Source: Alphaproteobacteria bacterium
Lineage (GTDB): Bacteria; Pseudomonadota; Alphaproteobacteria; GCA-2731375
Assembly: GCA_965225945.1 (NCBI GenBank)
Contig: CBDDBZ010000026.1
Coordinates: forward strand, 32,001 to 96,000
Length of the DNA stretch: 64,000 nucleotides
Direction: 5' to 3'
Part shown: in pieces, positions 11,145 to 21,154 of the stretch
How positions within the stretch are numbered: the first letter of the stretch is position 1
Layout of the letters: each line of letters begins with the position of its first letter
Made by a program: the position numbers and the translations under genes
The notes under the pieces: generated by a model
Seen by the model: the letters and a program-made list of their open reading frames with translations, nothing else
Told to the model about the DNA's origin: nothing
The model's database searches: none

Positions 11145-11320
11145 GCCCTGGTCCCCCGACGAATTCCAGCCGTCGCCGCCGAGGCCATCTTGCCCGGCCG
11201 TCGCGATCGCCGCAAATCGGGCTCGCCCGACCGCCGATCCCCGCTTGCGAGGCAGATGGTCGACTTGATAGTCTCGATGCGGATTCGAGGAACCACGATG
11301 ACGGGAGGATCGATACGAGC

Positions 11321-11827
11321 ATGGCCTATACGCTAGAGCAACTCGCCGCCGACTGCCGCGCCGCGCTGCAGGCCGATCCGGGCCTCGCCGGCCGCGAGAA
11401 AATCAAGGGCTACGTCGAAAAGGCGCTTCGCGACGATGCCTTCCAGGCGGCGCAACTCGGCTCCAATGCCCGCAAGGAGCGGGAAATCATCCACGAGGAC
11501 GCGGAGCTGGGGTTCTGCATCTGCCGCCACGCCCACGACGGCGCGAGGCAAGGCTTCCCGCACGATCACGGCCCCACCTGGGCGATCTACGGGCAGGCCG
11601 AGGGCGAGACCAAGATGACCGACTGGGAGTTGAAGATCCCGCCGAACGGCGACGAACCGGGCCAGGCGGTCGTCACCCGGACCTATCACATGAAGCCGGG
11701 CGACGTTCATTTCTACGACGTCGGTGACATCCACGCGCCCTACCGGGACGGTCCGACCAAGCTGCTCCGGATCGAGGGCAGCAACACCGAGCACGTCACC
11801 CGTGACAAGATCGTCGCCGCGGAATAG
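11321..11827 (+). CDS. Cupin / cysteine-dioxygenase-like metal-binding protein
   Basis: PHDHGPTWAIYGQAEG and GDIH cupin motifs. Confidence 0.72.
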   Translation: MAYTLEQLAADCRAALQADPGLAGREKIKGYVEKALRDDAFQAAQLGSNARKEREIIHEDAELGFCICRHAHDGARQGFPHDHGPTWAIYGQAEGETKMTDWELKIPPNGDEPGQAVVTRTYHMKPGDVHFYDVGDIHAPYRDGPTKLLRIEGSNTEHVTRDKIVAAE

Positions 11828-11838
11828 GTGATCGGGCC

Positions 11839-13908
11839 TCAACGACCTTCGCGATACCAGGCCATCGCCGTCAGGCCCAGCACCAGGGCCAGGACGACGA
11901 GCGCCGGCATCAGCGGGATCTGGTCGACCCCGGTGACGCGATATTCGCCGTTGGCCCTGAGGCCCATCCAGCCGCGGCCGGATGCGTCCCGCCCCGCCGC
12001 CACGCGGCGGAACGAGGGCAGGCCGTCGACCAGCCAGGCGACACCGCCGCCGCCGCGCCGGATCACCGGTTCCAGGGGCGCCGAGGTCGCGCGCAGGTCG
12101 GCGTATTCCCGCGGGTTGAGGTCGCCGACCGCGACGATTTGGGCGCGTTGGCCGTCCGACAAGCGGTAGAGCCCCGGCTCGTCGACGTCGATCGCCGCCC
12201 GCGCCCGGCCGTCGGCCGCTGGCGTGAGCGTGATCCGCCGGCTGACGCCCGAGGGGGTGGTGACCGTGATCTCGACCGGGGCTTCGCTCAGGCTGCGGCG
12301 GTGGACGGTCATCCGGCCGGCGGCGACCCGGGCGCTGAGATCCTCCTCCTCCAGGTCGGGCTCCTTCATCAGCCAATGGGCGACGCGGCGCAGCAGTTCG
12401 GCCTGCGGCCCGCCACCCTCGAAACCTCGGGCCCAGAGCCAGACGTGATCGGAGAGCAATTGCGCCACGCGGCCCTCGCCGACCCGGTCGAGGATCAGCA
12501 GCGGCCGCTCGGCGATGCCCTGCATCAACACCTGGCCGGTCTCGACCTCGACGTCGACCATGCGGAACCAGCGTCCCCAACTCGGCGTCTCGCCCTCGGC
12601 GCCGGCGAGGTCGGCGGTCACCGGATGGCGCTGGCCCACGGCGCTGAGGCGGGGGCGGAAGCCCTCGGTCAGCAGGCGCCCGGTCGGCTGGCTCGGCAGC
12701 ACGGTTTGCAGCGAGGTTCGGTGCAGGCTCAAGGGCGTGGCGAAAGCCGGCCCGGCGGCGACCAGGATCGCGCCACCCTCGGCGACGTAATCGGCGACGT
12801 TCTTGAGATAGATGTCCGGCAACACGCCCCGCCGGCGGTAACGGTCGAAGATGATCAGGTCGAACTCGGAAAGCTTGGTCTGAAACAGCTCCCGCGTCGG
12901 GAAGCTGATCAGCGACAGCTCGCGGATCGGCGTGCCGTCCTGCTTCTCGGGCGGCCGCAGGATGGTGAAATGCACCAGATCGACCGAGGGATCGGACTTC
13001 AAGATATTGCGCCAGGTCCGCTCGCCCGCGTGCGGCTCGCCCGAGACCAGCAGCACCCGCAACCGATCCCGGACCCCGCTGATCGAGACCACGGTGCGAT
13101 TGTTGCGCTCGGAGAGCTCGTCCGCGACCGTCGCCACCTCGATCTCGATCAGGGTCTCGCCGCTGTGGCTCAAGGTGAAGGGCAGGACCTGCGTGACTCC
13201 GACCGGCACCCGGCGTGATCGCGGCTCGCCACCGTCGACGCGGATCACGACAGTGGCCGGCAATTCGCTGTCGCCACCCTGATCCTCGACGCGGAAGTTG
13301 AGGTGGAGACCGGCGTCGACCAGGCCGTAGCGCGGCGCCTCCTCGATCACCAGGCGGCGGTCGCGCTCGTGCCTGTCGCCGGTCAACAGAAGGTGGACCG
13401 GGCCGCCCGGATCGAAGCTCGCCAAGCGCTCCTCGGGTTCGTGGGTCTGCCCGTCGGAGATCACCACGACGCCGGCGACGCGATCCTTCGGCACGTCGGC
13501 CAGCGCCCGCTCGATCGCCCGCAAGAGCCGCGTCCCCTCGCCGAGATCGGCCCTGGTGGTGGAGGTGGCGACGACGCGATGCTCCAGATCCTCCATCCGG
13601 TCGAGCCGCTCCTCGATCTGGGCGACGGCCGTCTCGGCCCGGCTCGCGCGCTCGCCGATCCCCTGGCTCGGCGAATCGTCGACCACCACGATGGCAACGT
13701 CGGCAAGCGCTTCGCGCGCCTCATCCAGGAGGCTCGGGTTGGCCAGCGCCAGCAGCCCGGCGAGGAGCGCCAGCCCCCGAAGCGGCACGCCCGGAAGGCG
13801 GCGGAGGAAGGCGAAGCTCAGCAGCGCCGCGCCGATTGCCCCGAGCGCCGCGAGCCAGGGCCAAGCCAGGAGCGGCGCGAACTCGATGCTGGTGACGCCG
13901 CTCGTCAT
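11839..13908 (-). CDS. Membrane protein with vWA-like and glutamine-amidotransferase-like domains (MoxR cluster)
   Basis: VVDDSPSQ, SDGQTH, LLVSGEPHAGERTWRNILKSDPSVDLVHFTILRPPEKQDGTP; N- and C-terminal TM helices. Confidence 0.8.
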   Translation of the reverse strand: MTSGVTSIEFAPLLAWPWLAALGAIGAALLSFAFLRRLPGVPLRGLALLAGLLALANPSLLDEAREALADVAIVVVDDSPSQGIGERASRAETAVAQIEERLDRMEDLEHRVVATSTTRADLGEGTRLLRAIERALADVPKDRVAGVVVISDGQTHEPEERLASFDPGGPVHLLLTGDRHERDRRLVIEEAPRYGLVDAGLHLNFRVEDQGGDSELPATVVIRVDGGEPRSRRVPVGVTQVLPFTLSHSGETLIEIEVATVADELSERNNRTVVSISGVRDRLRVLLVSGEPHAGERTWRNILKSDPSVDLVHFTILRPPEKQDGTPIRELSLISFPTRELFQTKLSEFDLIIFDRYRRRGVLPDIYLKNVADYVAEGGAILVAAGPAFATPLSLHRTSLQTVLPSQPTGRLLTEGFRPRLSAVGQRHPVTADLAGAEGETPSWGRWFRMVDVEVETGQVLMQGIAERPLLILDRVGEGRVAQLLSDHVWLWARGFEGGGPQAELLRRVAHWLMKEPDLEEEDLSARVAAGRMTVHRRSLSEAPVEITVTTPSGVSRRITLTPAADGRARAAIDVDEPGLYRLSDGQRAQIVAVGDLNPREYADLRATSAPLEPVIRRGGGGVAWLVDGLPSFRRVAAGRDASGRGWMGLRANGEYRVTGVDQIPLMPALVVLALVLGLTAMAWYREGR

Positions 13909-13927
13909 CGCGCCCCACCACCCGCGT

Positions 13928-16681
13928 TCATTGCCCCAGACGCTCCAGAATCGCCGGGACGTGGACCTGATCGGCCTTGTAGTTGCCGGTCAGGGTGTAC
14001 ATCACCAGGTTGACGCCGAAGCGATAGGCGAGTTCCCGCTGGCGTGCGCCGCCGGGAACGACGGCGGCGAGATGGCGGCCCTGGCCGTCGACCGCCCAGG
14101 CGGCCGCCCAGTCGTTGCCGCCGATGATCACCGAGGCGACGCCGTCGTTGACGCCACCCGGCGGCAGCTCGACCCAGAGCCGGCCGCCCGCATAGCGACC
14201 GGGGAAGCCCTGCATCAGATAGAACGCCTTGGTCAGCACGTGCTCCTGCGGTACCGGAACCAACGGCGGCACGTCGAGCCGACGCAGCAGTCGGCGCAGC
14301 GGTCCGCCGGTGCCGCCGCCGCGCCGCCCGAGGGCGGGCAGCGCCAACTGCGCGTCGCGGGTGTCGAACAGGATCGTGCCGCCGGTCTTCATGAAGGCGT
14401 TGAGCCGCATGGCCGCCCGGTCCGAGATCGCCTCCTGGTCCGGCGTGATCGGCCAGTAGAGGAGCGAAAAGAACGCGAGCTCGTCCACTTCCAGATCGAC
14501 CGAGAGAGGTTCGGCCGCCTCGATCGAGGTCCTGAGCCGCAACACCTCCGACAGGCCGACCAGGCCCGCATGGGCCAGCGAATCGATCTCGTCGTTGCCG
14601 GTGAGGACATGGGCGAGCCGGGTTTCGGAGGTCGCCTCGATCGCCCTCCGATCCGGCTCGGAGGGGGAGTCGGACTGGGCGAGCGTCGCTCGCGGCGCGG
14701 CCGTCGCCGCCAGGGCCAGGATCGCCAGGGCCGCGAGGCTAGCGGCGCGGGCGCCGGTCAAGCGCGGCAACACACCGCGAAGCGCCAGGGCCGCCACCAC
14801 GTCGATCAGACCCAGCGCCAGCGCCAGCAGCAGCAGCCAGGGCTTGAGGTCGGTTTCCGCCGTCGTCTCGTAACCGCTCGCGAGCGCGCCCGCCGGCGCT
14901 GGCGGCAAGGGCCGGAGCGCCTCCCCGGCCCGAACCAGGTTCAACGCCCGGCGGCTCTCCTCGGTGCCGTAGAAGCCCGGCGGATGGCGCGGGCCGACCG
15001 GCGTGCCGTCGATCCGGTCGGCGGGGATCGCGACGGCTGTCGCCGCCGGACCGCCGAGGTGGCCCTGGCCGTCCAGGCTGGCGAGCGGTGGTAACAGCCG
15101 GCTGCCTTCCTCGCCGGCGACGCCGCGAGAGAGCCCCAGCAGGCGGCGCATCATCTCGACGAAGAGGCCGGAGATCGGCAGATTCGACCAGCTCGTGTTG
15201 GCCGTCGTGTGGAACAGGACCAACCACCCCTCACCCCGCCGCTCGGCGGTCACCAGGGGCGTGCCGTCCGTGAGCCAGGCCCAGGTCTTGCCGTCGAGCT
15301 CCAGCGAAAGCTCGGCCAGCACCTGGCGATTTACCCGGACGTCGTCGGGGATCGCGAGGCCATGGAATGGGCTCGTGTCATGGAAGGGAGCGAGGCGGGC
15401 CGGCCGGGTCCAGGTCAGCGCGCCGCCGAGCGCGCGACCGCCGCCCCTGAGTCTGACCGGCAGCAGGTCGTCGGCGTTTTGCGCGAGACGAGGTCCAGCG
15501 AAGCGGACCAGCATGCCGCCCGCCTCGACCCAGCGGCCGACGCGGTCGGCCTCGCCGGGGCTCAAGCTGCCGACGTCGGCCAGCACGATCATGGCGAGGG
15601 GGCGCTCCAGCAGCTCCGCCAGCGCGCCTTCGCCGAGCTCGGCGAAGGGCGCCATTGCGCGGCCGAGATAATAGCTGTTGGAGAGCAGCGGCTGCGAGCG
15701 TTCGCGCGCGTCGGCGCCGGAGTGGATCCCCACCGGGCGACGACGCCAGCGCTCGTCGAGCAACAGCACGGCGGCGGCCGAGTCCTCGCCCTCGATCGCC
15801 AGGCGCGCCACGCGGTTTCGCACCTCGTTCGGCAGCCTGAGCAGCGTTTCGGTCACTTCCGCGCCCGGGGTGAAGGCCGCTTCCACCGCGCCCAGCACGC
15901 GACCGTCCTCGCCCAGCGCCAAGACCCGCGTCGTCTCCGGCGCCTGGTTGGCCAGGCGCCGAACGACCAGGGCGAAGCCACCCGCGACCGAGTCCGGGAC
16001 GCCGAGGACCTTGGCGTCGACGACGTCGGGCGCCATGACGAGAAGCTCGCCGAGCGCCCCCAACCGTTCCGCCAGTCGCGCCGCGTGCCCGTCGTCTAGC
16101 CCGTCGGCGAGCCAGACGACGTCCCTCGTCTGGTCCGCCGGCAGCGCCCGCAGGCGTTCGCGCGCGAGCGCCCGGTCGACGTCCCAGGGCTTAGGTCCGA
16201 GCGCGCGGACGCGGGCCCGGGCCTCCGTCGCCGAGATCATATTCGGCGGCCCCTCGGCGCTCTCCGTCGCCGCCGGCGCGGTCGGCAGGATCATCACCGG
16301 CTTGCGCTCGCGGGCGGCGCGGGTCAGCAGCTCGTCCATCGCCTCGACCCGGCGCGCCCAACCGTCCGCCGCCGCCCAGCCGTCGTCCACCACCAACAGG
16401 AGCGGCCCCTCGGTCTTGAATTCGCCACCCGGATCGAGCGTCGGACGGGCCAACGCCAGGATCACCAGCGCCGCCAGCAGCAGGCGCAGCAGCAGCAGCC
16501 AGAGAGGTGTCGCCGCCGGCGTCTCCTCGGTCGGCGTCAGCATCATCAGCAGGCGGACGGGCGGGAAGGTCTGCCGCCGGGGGGTCGGCGGCGTCACTCG
16601 GAGCAGCCACAAGATCGCCGGCAAGGCCAACAGCGCCAGCAGCATCCAAGGGTCGAGGAAGGCGAGCGGCCCGAAGGTCAC
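13928..16681 (-). CDS. BatA N-terminal double-TM / DUF4159 protein
   Basis: LLRVTPP..FPP..TPLWLLLLR N-terminus; C-terminal NDWAAAWA..RFGVNLVMYTLTGNYKADQVH. Confidence 0.87.
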   Translation of the reverse strand: MTFGPLAFLDPWMLLALLALPAILWLLRVTPPTPRRQTFPPVRLLMMLTPTEETPAATPLWLLLLRLLLAALVILALARPTLDPGGEFKTEGPLLLVVDDGWAAADGWARRVEAMDELLTRAARERKPVMILPTAPAATESAEGPPNMISATEARARVRALGPKPWDVDRALARERLRALPADQTRDVVWLADGLDDGHAARLAERLGALGELLVMAPDVVDAKVLGVPDSVAGGFALVVRRLANQAPETTRVLALGEDGRVLGAVEAAFTPGAEVTETLLRLPNEVRNRVARLAIEGEDSAAAVLLLDERWRRRPVGIHSGADARERSQPLLSNSYYLGRAMAPFAELGEGALAELLERPLAMIVLADVGSLSPGEADRVGRWVEAGGMLVRFAGPRLAQNADDLLPVRLRGGGRALGGALTWTRPARLAPFHDTSPFHGLAIPDDVRVNRQVLAELSLELDGKTWAWLTDGTPLVTAERRGEGWLVLFHTTANTSWSNLPISGLFVEMMRRLLGLSRGVAGEEGSRLLPPLASLDGQGHLGGPAATAVAIPADRIDGTPVGPRHPPGFYGTEESRRALNLVRAGEALRPLPPAPAGALASGYETTAETDLKPWLLLLALALGLIDVVAALALRGVLPRLTGARAASLAALAILALAATAAPRATLAQSDSPSEPDRRAIEATSETRLAHVLTGNDEIDSLAHAGLVGLSEVLRLRTSIEAAEPLSVDLEVDELAFFSLLYWPITPDQEAISDRAAMRLNAFMKTGGTILFDTRDAQLALPALGRRGGGTGGPLRRLLRRLDVPPLVPVPQEHVLTKAFYLMQGFPGRYAGGRLWVELPPGGVNDGVASVIIGGNDWAAAWAVDGQGRHLAAVVPGGARQRELAYRFGVNLVMYTLTGNYKADQVHVPAILERLGQ

Positions 16682-17592
16682 GACGAAAGCCTTCCGAAAG
16701 CGCCCGAGATCGCCTGGTACAACGCCAGCAGCGCCATCTCCGGCGGCCGGTCGGTGCGATGGCGGGCGATCGTCCAGCCGATCCGATGCACCAGCGAGGT
16801 CAAACGTCGCCGCCGGTCCGCCAACAGCTCGAGATAGTCGGGACGCAGCGCCTCGACCCGGCCGACGGTGAGGCCGCCCTCGGCCTCGGGCCCGTCGAAG
16901 CGAATTCGGCCGTTAAACGGCAGATCCTCCTCGGCGGGATCGACGATCTGCAACAGATGGCCGAAGACGCCGGCACCGGCATAGTTCTTGATCAGGGCCT
17001 CCAGCTCGTCCAAGGGCGAGAGCAGATCACCGATCAGCACCAATTGCGCATGCCCCGGCAGGCGCTCGCGCGCCGGCAAACTCTCGAGCGAGGCGGCGGC
17101 GTCCTCGGCCTCGGCGACGATGCGGGCGGCGAGCCGGCCGAGCGCGAGTCGGCCGGTCCTCGGTCGTTCCCCGCCGCCCAGGAGCGCCACCCGCTCGCCG
17201 CCGCGGATCAGCAGCGCCGCCAGCGCCAGCAGCAGCAGGTCGGCCCGCTCCCGCTTGACCGTCGGGCCTCGGCTTGAGCGATAGTCCATCGAGGGCGAGG
17301 CGTCGCGCCACAGCCATACGCTCTGCGCCGCCTCCCACTCGTGCTCGCGGACGAAGATCTTTTGGCTCTTGGCGGATTGGCGCCAGTCGATCTGTTGCGC
17401 CGCATCGCCCGGCTGATAGCGGCGGAACTGCCAGAAGCTCTCGCCGGCGCCGACGCGGCGTCGGCCGTGCACGCCCTGGGCCACCGTGTTGGCCACCCGA
17501 TACGCCGCGACCAGAAGCGGGGGAAGCGGCTGGGCGAGTTGCTCCGCCCGTTGCCGCAGGCTCGTCCTCGAAGCCGCCGCGCGGTCCGCCAT
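16678..17592 (-). CDS. DUF58 family protein
   Basis: GVHGRRRVGAGESFWQFRRYQPGD..IDWRQSAK. Confidence 0.92.
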   Translation of the reverse strand: MADRAAASRTSLRQRAEQLAQPLPPLLVAAYRVANTVAQGVHGRRRVGAGESFWQFRRYQPGDAAQQIDWRQSAKSQKIFVREHEWEAAQSVWLWRDASPSMDYRSSRGPTVKRERADLLLLALAALLIRGGERVALLGGGERPRTGRLALGRLAARIVAEAEDAAASLESLPARERLPGHAQLVLIGDLLSPLDELEALIKNYAGAGVFGHLLQIVDPAEEDLPFNGRIRFDGPEAEGGLTVGRVEALRPDYLELLADRRRRLTSLVHRIGWTIARHRTDRPPEMALLALYQAISGAFGRLSS

Positions 17593-17602
17593 CTGGCCCG
17601 CG

Positions 17603-18601
17603 TCACCCGTACGGGGCGGCGAGGCGCGAGACGACGTCCACCAACCTGACGCCCTCGGCCCGGGCGACGAAGCTGAGCGCCATGCGGTGGCGTAGAATCG
17701 GCGGCGTCAGGGCCACGACGTCGTCGATCGAGGGCGCGAAGCGGCCGTCCATCAGCGCCCGGGCGCGAACCGCCAGCATCAGCGCCTGGCTGGCCCTCGG
17801 CCCTGGGCCCCAGTCGAGTTGCGCGCCCGTCTCCGCGTCGGCGCCGGCCTCGGGCCGGCCGGAGCGGACCAGGCTCAGAATAGCCTCGACCACGCTCTCG
17901 CCGACCGGGATGCGCCGCACCAAGCGCTGCGCGGCGATCAGCTCGTCGGCCGTCAGCACCGGCACGGCCCGCGCTGCCTCGACCCCGGTGGTCTCGATCA
18001 GCATCCGCCGCTCGGCCTCGTAATCGGGATAGTCGACGTCGATCTGCATCAGGAAACGGTCGAGCTGCGCCTCGGGCAGGGGGTATGTACCCTCCTGCTC
18101 CAGCGGATTCTGCGTCGCCACGACGTGGAAGGGCGAGGGCAGCGGATGGCTGGCACCGGCGATCGAGACCTCGTGCTCCTGCATCGCCTGCAGCAGGGCC
18201 GACTGGGTGCGCGGGCTCGCCCGGTTGATCTCGTCCGCCATCAAGAGCTGGCAGAACACCGGCCCCGCGATGAAACGGAAGCCACGGCGGCCACTTTCGC
18301 TCTCCTCCATCACCTCGGAGCCGAGAATATCGGCCGGCATCAGATCGGGGGTGAACTGCACCCGTTTCTCGTCGAGGCCGAGGACCACGCCGAGGGTTTC
18401 GACCAGCAGGGTCTTGGCCAGGCCGGGCACGCCGATCAGCAGCGCGTGGCCACCGGCGAGGATGGTGATCAGGGTCTGCTCGATCACCTCCTCCTGGCCG
18501 AAGATAACCCGGCCGATAGCGGCGCGGACCTCCGCGAGACGCTTGCCGACGGCCGAGATTTCGGCCGAAAGATCTTCGTTGTGGGGGGGCATGGGCTGCA
18601 T
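17603..18601 (-). CDS. MoxR-family AAA+ ATPase
   Basis: GVPGLAKT Walker A, RVQFTPDLMPADI, DEINRA, ATQNPLEQEGTYPLPEAQLDRF. Confidence 0.95.
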   Translation of the reverse strand: MQPMPPHNEDLSAEISAVGKRLAEVRAAIGRVIFGQEEVIEQTLITILAGGHALLIGVPGLAKTLLVETLGVVLGLDEKRVQFTPDLMPADILGSEVMEESESGRRGFRFIAGPVFCQLLMADEINRASPRTQSALLQAMQEHEVSIAGASHPLPSPFHVVATQNPLEQEGTYPLPEAQLDRFLMQIDVDYPDYEAERRMLIETTGVEAARAVPVLTADELIAAQRLVRRIPVGESVVEAILSLVRSGRPEAGADAETGAQLDWGPGPRASQALMLAVRARALMDGRFAPSIDDVVALTPPILRHRMALSFVARAEGVRLVDVVSRLAAPYG

Positions 18602-18676
18602 GGGCGCGATAATAGTCTATATTTCTCCGGGGCGCGCGAGGCGCGCGTGCATTGAAGGTAACGTCTGTGCGAGCCG

Positions 18677-19324
18677 GTGGCCAGGAATCATGAGCTTCTC
18701 GGGAACCCTTTCGTGACCGCCCAGTCCAATCAATCCAAGGCACCGAACAAGTCCGAGGCACCGGATCCGGCAGCCATCGCCCGCGCCCTGGAGGGCGGCC
18801 GTCTGCCGCCCGTGCATCTATGGAATCCCGACAATTGTGGCGAAATCGAGATGCGAATCAGCCGCGACGGCACTTGGTACCACGAAGGCCGGCCGATCAC
18901 GCGGCGACGCATGGTGCGGCTGTTCTCGACCATCCTCAGGCGCGACGCCGACGGCGTGCATTATTTGGTGACGCCGGCCGAGAAGCTGGCGATCCAGGTG
19001 GACGACGCGCCCTTCGTCGCGGTGGAGATGACGACCCACGGCGCGGGCGAGGCGCAGGTGCTGGTCTTCCGCACCAACGTCGACGACCAGGTGATGGCGG
19101 GACCCGCGCATCCGATCCGCCTCGAGCGGGCGGGGGCAAGCGACGAGCCCGCGCCTTACGTCCGGGTGCGCGACGGGCTGGACGCCTTGATCGCGAGGCC
19201 AGTGTTCTACGATCTGGTCGAGCTCGGCGTCGAGGCGGAGGTAGCGGGCGAGGCCCACCTCGGCGTCTGGAGCGCCGGCGCCTTCTTCCCCCTGGCGCCG
19301 ATGGCGGAACTGGAGGATCTCTAA
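18677..19324 (+). CDS. DUF1285 family protein
   Basis: PPVHLWNP..CG, DGTWYHEG, LVTPAEK, FRTNVDD; start uncertain. Confidence 0.85.
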   Translation: MARNHELLGNPFVTAQSNQSKAPNKSEAPDPAAIARALEGGRLPPVHLWNPDNCGEIEMRISRDGTWYHEGRPITRRRMVRLFSTILRRDADGVHYLVTPAEKLAIQVDDAPFVAVEMTTHGAGEAQVLVFRTNVDDQVMAGPAHPIRLERAGASDEPAPYVRVRDGLDALIARPVFYDLVELGVEAEVAGEAHLGVWSAGAFFPLAPMAELEDL

Positions 19325-19327
19325 GCG

Positions 19328-19957
19328 GTGTCGTCCGCCCCCACGGCACGGCGGCTGATCGAAAGCTGCATCCTCGCGCACGCGACATCGCATGCGCCGC
19401 CGGTCGGCGACTTCGACCTCGATCGCGACGAGGGGCAATGGCGCGACGACGACTGCGTGCTCAGTCCGGCGGCGGTTTTAGTCCCGCTGGTCGAACACGC
19501 GAGCGGCCTCACCGTGTTGCTGACCCGGCGCACCGATCATCTGAAGCATCACGCGGGGCAAGTGAGCTTTCCCGGCGGCCGCGTCGAGGCGCACGACCGT
19601 GGCCCCGTCGACACCGCGCTGCGCGAAACCGAGGAGGAGATCGGACTGCGGCGCGACCGTGTCGAGGTCGCCGGCTACCTCGACGGCTACGAGACCGGCA
19701 CCGGCTTCCACATCACGCCGGTGGTCGGCTTCGTCCAGCCCGGCTTCACCTTGAAGCTCGACAGCTTCGAGGTGGCGGAGGCCTTCGAGGTGCCGCTCGA
19801 GTTCATCTTCGATCCGGCCAATCACAAGCGTCACAGCCGCATGCAGAACGGGCGCGAGCGACGCTATTTCGCCATGCCCTACGGCGATTTCTACATCTGG
19901 GGCGCGACGGCCGGTATGCTGATGAACCTCTATCGCCGCGCCCACGACCTGCTATGA
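19328..19957 (+). CDS. CoA pyrophosphatase (Nudix, NudL-like)
   Basis: LLTRR..HAGQVSFPGG..ALRETEEEIGL, IWGATAGML. Confidence 0.92.
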   Translation: MSSAPTARRLIESCILAHATSHAPPVGDFDLDRDEGQWRDDDCVLSPAAVLVPLVEHASGLTVLLTRRTDHLKHHAGQVSFPGGRVEAHDRGPVDTALRETEEEIGLRRDRVEVAGYLDGYETGTGFHITPVVGFVQPGFTLKLDSFEVAEAFEVPLEFIFDPANHKRHSRMQNGRERRYFAMPYGDFYIWGATAGMLMNLYRRAHDLL

Positions 19958-20173
19958 GTGTCCGATCGAAAAGTCGCCAGCGGTGACTTTTGGCGCCATC
20001 ACCGGCCCGCTCCCTGTACCGTCGAAAGGGTTCCGGGTCGAGCCGGGGAGTCGCCATTCGTGGCCGTTGGTGTCACTTCCAGGGGGCGACAGCGTGCTGA
20101 GCGATCGTGTAAAAACCGTACGCGAGCGGCCCCTGCGCGGCCCCATCAGGGGATCAGGGTCGAGGAAGGTGGC

Positions 20174-21154
20174 ATGAAGGCCGTTCTCTGCAAGCAGTTC
20201 GGACCGCCGGAAAGCCTGGTGCTGGAGGCGGTGGCCTCGCCCACGCCCGGCCCCGGCGAGGTGCGCCTTCGCGTCCATGCGGCCGGAGTGAATTTTCCCG
20301 ACACCCTGATCATCGAGGGGAAATATCAATATAAGCCCGAGTTTCCCTTCTCGCCCGGTGGCGAGGTGGCCGGCGAGGTGCTGGAGGTCGGCGCAGCAGT
20401 GACCGACGTGGCCCCCGGCGACCGGGTGATGGCCGGCATGACCTATGGCGCCTTTGCCGAGGAGGTGGTGGCCGGCGCCGAGCGGGTGATGCGGATTCCG
20501 GACGAGTTGGATTTCCTCACCGCGGCCTCGATGTCGCTCACCTATGGGACCGCCGCGCACGCACTGATCGAGCGCGGGCGGCTCCAGGCCGGCGAGACCC
20601 TGTTGGTGCACGGCGCGGCGGGCGGGGTCGGCCTCTCCATGGTCGAGGTCGGCAAGGCTATGGGCGCCCGCGTGATCGCCACCGCCGGCACGGAGGAGAA
20701 ACTTCGCGCCGCGAAAAGCCACGGCGCCGACGAGGTGATCAACTACGTCGAGAACGAATTCCGCGACGCGGTCAAGGATTTGACCGATGGCAAGGGCGCC
20801 GACGTGATCTGCGATCCGGTCGGCGGCGACGTGTTCGACCAGTCGCTGCGCTGCATCAACTGGGGTGGCCGTCTGCTGGTGATCGGTTTCGCGTCGGGAC
20901 GAATCGCCTCGGCGCCGGCGAACCTGGTGCTGCTCAAGGGCTGTTCCCTCGTCGGGGTCTTCTGGGGCAGCTACATCGAGCGCGATCCCGAGGGCAACGC
21001 GGCGAACTTCGAGCGGATTTTCCAATGGTGGCGCGAGGGCGCGATCAAGCCGCATATCTCCCATACCTTCCCGCTCGCCCAGGCCTCCGACGCGCTTTAT
21101 GCGCTGCTGGAGCGCAAGGTGATCGGCAAGGCGGTGCTGAAGATCGTTGACTGA
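20174..21154 (+). CDS. NADPH:quinone oxidoreductase (MDR family)
   Basis: GVNFPD, HGAAGGVG, IGFASG; RBS before ATG 20174. Confidence 0.9.
   Translation: MKAVLCKQFGPPESLVLEAVASPTPGPGEVRLRVHAAGVNFPDTLIIEGKYQYKPEFPFSPGGEVAGEVLEVGAAVTDVAPGDRVMAGMTYGAFAEEVVAGAERVMRIPDELDFLTAASMSLTYGTAAHALIERGRLQAGETLLVHGAAGGVGLSMVEVGKAMGARVIATAGTEEKLRAAKSHGADEVINYVENEFRDAVKDLTDGKGADVICDPVGGDVFDQSLRCINWGGRLLVIGFASGRIASAPANLVLLKGCSLVGVFWGSYIERDPEGNAANFERIFQWWREGAIKPHISHTFPLAQASDALYALLERKVIGKAVLKIVD

Noticed and set aside
11839-18601. MoxR-DUF58-DUF4159-GATase cluster as a novel system
   Set aside because: Widely conserved alphaproteobacterial arrangement; nothing atypical seen
19958-20173. N-terminal extension of the quinone oxidoreductase
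   Set aside because: Family similarity and the RBS begin at ATG 20174
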